Source: Laetmonice hystrix (lineage: Eukaryota). From it: a DNA stretch of 64,000 nucleotides. The translations under genes and the position numbers were made by a program. Within the stretch, counting starts at the first letter, position 1. Each line of letters begins with the position of its first letter. The notes under the pieces were generated by a model. It saw only the letters and a program-made list of their open reading frames with translations. It ran no database searches and was not told where the DNA came from. The stretch lies in NCBI GenBank assembly GCA_965235115.1, contig OZ249436.1:12836001-12900000 (forward strand), read 5' to 3'. This document shows positions 59,301-64,000 of the stretch, piece after piece.

Positions 59301-62300
59301 ATTTCTCCTATCATACATTGTGCACATAGTAATAGAAAAAATTCCTACCAATACCATTGGCCTGATAAACCTTCTATTAGTTTGTGTGCAGCATTTGAAA
59401 CCTATCTCGGTGCGCACCGAGATAGAGCCATTTCCTATGGTGGGGCGTGTCAGGGTCTCCACAGGCCTTCTGAGAGAGCCCCATTTGTGCCGTTATCCAT
59501 GAAAAATTTTGATTTCCTTTGTTGTGAATCTATTTCCATTATAGGTGGGATCACATAAACGTCAACAAAATTAAGAATTAAAAAATTGAATTTTTTTTCA
59601 CGAATAGCACCTTTAAATGAAAACAAATCGCGGTCCCACTACACTCTGAGCATCCTCCCACGCTCGGGGTTGAACCGCTTCCAGTGATTCCCAGCGATGC
59701 CCCTTGACAACTCAAGATGCTCTGTGAGTCGCTAAGGCACGTTTGCAGTGTATGAAAGAAGACAGATGACTGGTTGTTGAAAGTTAGTCAGTGATGGCGC
59801 TGTTTGACACATATACGAGATGCGGTGACACGATGTCCCGGGGTCAGTGACGACAGACAGCTAGAACCGGGTTACCGGATGGTCACTCCATGCAAGTTGA
59901 GGGCTGACCGTGCTGCGCCAAAATGACATAACTTTTGATTTGCTTGACCGAATTTGATGAAATAAAGACTTTTTCTAATGTAAGAGGATTCCCCATCAGG
60001 TCTGGCGCAACATAGGTTCTGAGGTTGACTGGTTTGGCCTGGACATTTTTTTGGGGACACCCTTATATCCTCTACATGCAGGATATAGACGAAACACATT
60101 ACTAAATTACGAGTGGCTCAACTTTTGAAACAGAGTATAAATTATTAAACGGAAGGTAAAAAAAATGTGCAGAAAGTATTGAAAATACTAATAAGCCTAA
60201 ATTAGTCACAAATATCGCCTTCCCGCGATTAATGACAACCAAAAAAACTTTCTTTTGAATTCAATGGAAAGTATCCGGTTTTGCCGGAAAATCTCCCAAG
60301 GCAATATGGTCTATACCCAAAATAAAGTAATTAGTGAGCATTCTATAGTTGAATATAGTTCATATAAATGTCTTTTAAGAAAGCCATTTTGCAATTTTGT
60401 TGAAGTTTACCTTCACTTTAAGGGTGAAATTGACAGCAAACTTCTGTCAAAGCTAGAGAACAGATTAACTTGTGAAGCTTCGTTGTCAAATTGAAAAAAA
60501 GATTTCTACCTATATTGGCCTAATCCATTCATTATTTTAGACCCAATCCACAAGGACGTTTTTCCACACGACTGAGATTTACCCTTGAGTATTTCTTCGG
60601 TTCTGGATAATTATCCTTTCGGTCAGGGTTACACCTGACACCTTCGCCTCTATCGTCGGACCCATGCTGCGCTTATCCAACCTTATTAGTGTTGCTGATG
60701 AGCGGGCGCCACGTCGTAGTTTGCCCCTCTTTAATGACGTCACTCAAGACTTAACGTTCAGTAGAAACGGGAACGCGCAAAATGCATGCCGATAAAAGTC
60801 AACATCATGACGTATACGTGTTAACATTAATACATAATACATGCCAATACATCGCGACTAAAGCCCCCCCCCCTCATATTTCTGCAGAAAAAAATGACCT
60901 ATTGGGCCTACTGATAGATTTTGATGTCACCAGTGGCAGAAAAAGGATGGCGCGCCGCCCTTTCCAGCGCGACCCTCTTTCAAAATTTCCTGGAAATTTT
61001 ACAGGCGGAGGTCTTTTCTATACGTAGGCGCCTCTCCTTCATCAACTGTTCATGTCTATAAGTCCCTTTTTGACAATGAAACGGGCAAGGTCTTTTTTGT
61101 TTGACAGATGGTTGCTTGCATGATGGAAAATGTCATGTCAATTGAATCCAATAAGAATATAAAAAGTTCTCGGCCTATTTGTTGTTGTGCGACCCGGACA
61201 TTTCACTCTTGTAGCTCTTGGATACCTATTCAATGTCACTCATGGTGAGCGGAGGCGCAGATTCATGTCAAGTTTTCTGTGTAAAGGTAATAGAACGACA
61301 CATACTCCATAATGACCACATAACTTTCTTCACTGACTTAGGTGGGCAACACGAAGTGACCTGTAAGCTTCCGGAGGGGGCAAGTCCAGAGGAAAGTATA
61401 CCCTTAGAGGATGGGAAGTTGTCCAAATGTTCTATGTACGTAAACATATCCTTGGACAATACAACGTCATCATGCGTCAACGGGTACGAGTACGGTGGAA
61501 ATTCGGGACCAACCATCGTGTCAGAGGTAAGCTCTCATTTACCTGTCTCATGCAGGTGTCAGGAGTAAGCTGCCACTGACCTGTCTCATGCAGGTGTCAG
61601 AGGTCCCATTTATCTGTCTCATGCAGGTGTTAGAGGTAAGCTCCCATTTACCTGTCTCATGCGGGTCCTAGGTTGTAGAACCAATGTCTATTTGTCACTG
61701 TATGTGTATTTGCATGTATCACTATGTATTGATTGTTGAATAATTTCGTTATGATGAAAAGGTGGCACACAGGAAGTCCTACTGAGAAGGTGGGGGTATG
61801 CGAAATCTGGGGTTATTATTGGCCTAGGGCCTGGACTAATTCCCCTTTTCATAAAAGACCCACTTTTCTCCAAATAAAGCCCAACCGGAAGCATTGCCAC
61901 GGACCCATTTTAACTAAACTGTCAGAGAATCTCAATGTGTTTCCCCACAGATCATATATTATTATTATTATTATTATCGACTATCAAGCTTTATCTATAG
62001 TCTGAACCCTTCTCTGTTTCGGTGCCTCTGGAAAGACACAGGCAACTATTAGAATTTCGACTCCCAACAGCTAATTTTGATACTTGACTAGATCGAACCT
62101 ATATAACCAGGCAATCTCGAATTTACTGGAAGGTCTCTGCATGGCGTTTCACGAAGCTCTAATGCAGCCCCAATGCCGATTTAAAGGGGAACAGACGTAA
62201 CTCTGCTGCCGGGATGCCCCAGACCAAATCTGCCCGTCCGCATACTGTACAAGCAGTGCTGGCATCCACTAGCAGACAGGGCCCGACACTTACTGCCCAC

Positions 62301-64000
62301 TCCCGCCATAGCCTCCGGTACCCTTTTCCAGTTGTCAGACTGGATCAAATAATGACAGGTCAAGCACGTTAGCCTGGCTGCCAACTGAATATCGGCGTCT
62401 CAATAGGGCGAGCGAGTGGGTGTGCGGGGGTTAGTGATGAGGGTGGGGGATATAGTGGTAAGGGCGAGGGGCTAGAGATGAGGGCGGGGGCGGGGGACGA
62501 GGGCGTGCACTTCGGACATCCGCGGCATAGCGCCCCGCTCGCTCTTTCTGCGCTATTCATTCAGAACATGTCAATGATAGGCTGGTAGTCGTCATACTGG
62601 TAATACACAGCCGTCCAATCTAAATGTTTCCATTAACGTTTATAAGCGCACGCTGGCGCCGTTAAAAGTTATATTATTATTTAACTATCTAGGCCTATTT
62701 TGTATAGGGGTTAAAGTAACCTGTCTTTCCACCTGACAATAGACTTATTTTTGACGTTACCAGAATCCTCTATCCTTCCCAGCATTCCTGGATCCACCCC
62801 TGCGTCATATTCCGCCTCGAACCTATTATCTGGGCATGAAGCAGTCGAACTTTCCATCTGACATGCAATACCCAATGAGACAAGAAATTAAGAGGCCAAT
62901 AATGCGAGAGAAACAAATGCACGGAGCAAAATCCGTGACATTATGAGATAAACCCAATTGGTTTTGTTTTACACAGTGGGATCTAGTATGTGACCGGAGT
63001 TACTTAGTGGAGACGACACAGACAGTGATGGTGATCGGCGTCATGTTTGGGGCAATGACCTTCTCAGCGTTATCCGACAGGTTTGGCCGAAAACCCGTCT
63101 TTCTCTTCTCCGAGTGGGCTATGGTGGTTGTTGGCATTATCACGGCTTTCGTCAACAACTACTATCTGTTTGCAGCTCTAAGATTTTTAGCCGGCGCCTT
63201 GCAACAGGTTGGTAGGCCTTTATCAAAGGATCGCTCTTTCTGTGTCTGTCAGCACAACACAGATGTATAGATTTGATCGATCTGTTTTATCTTTTAAAAG
63301 CAGTAGGCCTATTATTCGTTTTGTCTCTTTTACATTTTGAGTTCTGGCATCTTCACCATTCTGTATTTGGTTATAGCAAGCAAGCAAACGATGTAAAGAA
63401 GCGATGTCATGAATTAACCGTGTGTATGTGTGTGAACCACAGGGCATCATCCTAACTGGCTTCGTCATGGCCTGCGAACTGTTCCCAGCTGACCTGCGAA
63501 CATTTGCCGGTATGGCCATCGAGAACTTCTGGGCCATCGGCATGTGTTTATTAGCACTACTTGCTTACCTCATCCGCCACTGGCGTTACCTCCAGCTTAC
63601 ATTGAGTATTCCTGCCGTGCTCACCATAGGCTTCTTTTGGTAGGTATGGCTCTAGTAATTAACACCTACCAATTCCTATGATGTAATCTTGAGTGAAACG
63701 TTTTATCACCAGGAAGGGAAGAATAGTCGGAATTTCAACCAGTGTACTAGTCCATCTGGGCATCGTAAACAATCTAAATTAGTTCTTGCATCTTGACAAA
63801 GTTAAGGTGGCCTATTCTAAATTCCTATCTGAATGTGTGAACTTATATCAAGACTGCCTTTGGAGGCAGACCAAACGTGTGAGGCTCTGTTTAAAGCAAT
63901 TCTTGGCCCCGACTAATTATGAGGTTGGTGTTAGGTTCCTACCGGAGTCTGTGCCATGGCTTGTGGTGAACGACAGGGTTGACCAGGCGGAGGAGGTGCT
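47317..64000 (+). CDS. SLC22-family organic cation transporter (Orct-like MFS), 5' part; continues past the window end
   Basis: Exons 47317-47443, 61342-61526, 62977-63207, 63443-63639, 63935-end; phase-consistent. Motifs: MHVDDALKSLGRWGKWQ, loop cysteines CKLP..CSMY..CVNGYEY, TIVSEWDLVCD, LSDRFGRKP, RFLAG, CELFPADLR, IRHWRYLQL, FLPESVPWL. Intron 1 is about 13.9 kb. Confidence 0.92.
54517..54991 (+). repeat. ~470-bp direct repeat, copy 1 (copy 2 at 60368-60840)
   Basis: Colinear near-identical sequence from ATGTCTTTTAAGAA to CATAATAC, with scattered substitutions and small indels. Confidence 0.9.
55164..57949. mobile_element. ~2.8-kb TIR DNA transposon, Ginger-like, non-autonomous or decayed
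   Basis: ~165-bp TIRs beginning TGTAGCAACCACTTTTGTC and built of CACTTTTGTC subrepeats; TGT...ACA termini; 4-bp flanks GCTC/GGTC (3 of 4 match). The superfamily is inferred from the termini only. Confidence 0.75.
56608..56840. repeat. CT-rich simple repeat inside the TIR element
   Basis: (CT)n / (CTGT)n polypyrimidine tract. Confidence 0.85.
58534..58633 (+). repeat. Perfect 50-bp tandem duplication
   Basis: GACCGTGTTAATATATATGCCTATTTACATGGGCATTCAACCAGAAGGAC x2. Confidence 0.9.
58692..60064 (+). mobile_element. Internally deleted Tc1/mariner element with transposase remnants
   Basis: ~170-bp diverged TIRs CAGGGTG(T/C)CCCCAAAAA(A)TGTCCAGG in a TA-like context. N-terminal remnant MVDQQFITEQRVFMVKT at 59015 (DUF4817/HTH-like start) and a frameshifted C-terminal-like remnant near 59715-59785. 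Confidence 0.7.
59273..59612. mobile_element. Kolobok-like MITE nested inside the mariner remnant
   Basis: TTAA|AGGTGCTATTCGT ... ACGAATAGCACCT|TTAA; perfect 13-bp TIR, TTAA TSD. Confidence 0.75.
60368..60840 (+). repeat. ~470-bp direct repeat, copy 2
   Basis: Matches 54517-54991. Confidence 0.9.
61518..61664 (+). repeat. 33-38-bp tandem repeat (4 copies) spanning the SLC22 exon 2 donor site
   Basis: Unit GTGTCAGAG|GTAAGCTCTCATTTACCTGTCTCATGCAG starting at 61518, 61556, 61594 and 61627. Confidence 0.85.

Noticed and set aside
54517..60840. LTR retrotransposon reading of the ~470-bp direct repeats
   Set aside because: No TSD, no TG...CA on both copies, no PBS/PPT, no gag/pol remnants.

Overview
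Eukaryotic, intron-rich animal (invertebrate-like) genomic DNA; the species cannot be determined from the sequence. Manual splicing (GT-AG sites, frame checked across junctions) gives four recognisable genes: GON4L on + (about 29 coding exons, 2835-22669, about 3,590 aa, with two long coding tandem-repeat arrays); COPS2/CSN2 on - (13 exons, 35143-27748, 443 aa); DDA1 on + (5 small exons, 35233-37624, 100 aa, not visible in the ORF track); and the 5' part of an SLC22 organic cation transporter on + (47317 to beyond the window end). A probable first coding exon of an unidentified - strand gene lies at 1239-1040. The most notable arrangement is COPS2 and DDA1, both cullin-RING ligase regulators, head-to-head with only 89 bp between start codons. 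Introns and intergenic DNA carry many non-autonomous DNA transposons (Harbinger-, Kolobok-, hAT-, Tc1/mariner- and Ginger-like), including a nested cluster between two ~470-bp direct repeats in SLC22 intron 1. No rRNA, tRNA or CRISPR array was seen. All calls are by eye and from recalled family motifs; no database searches were run.
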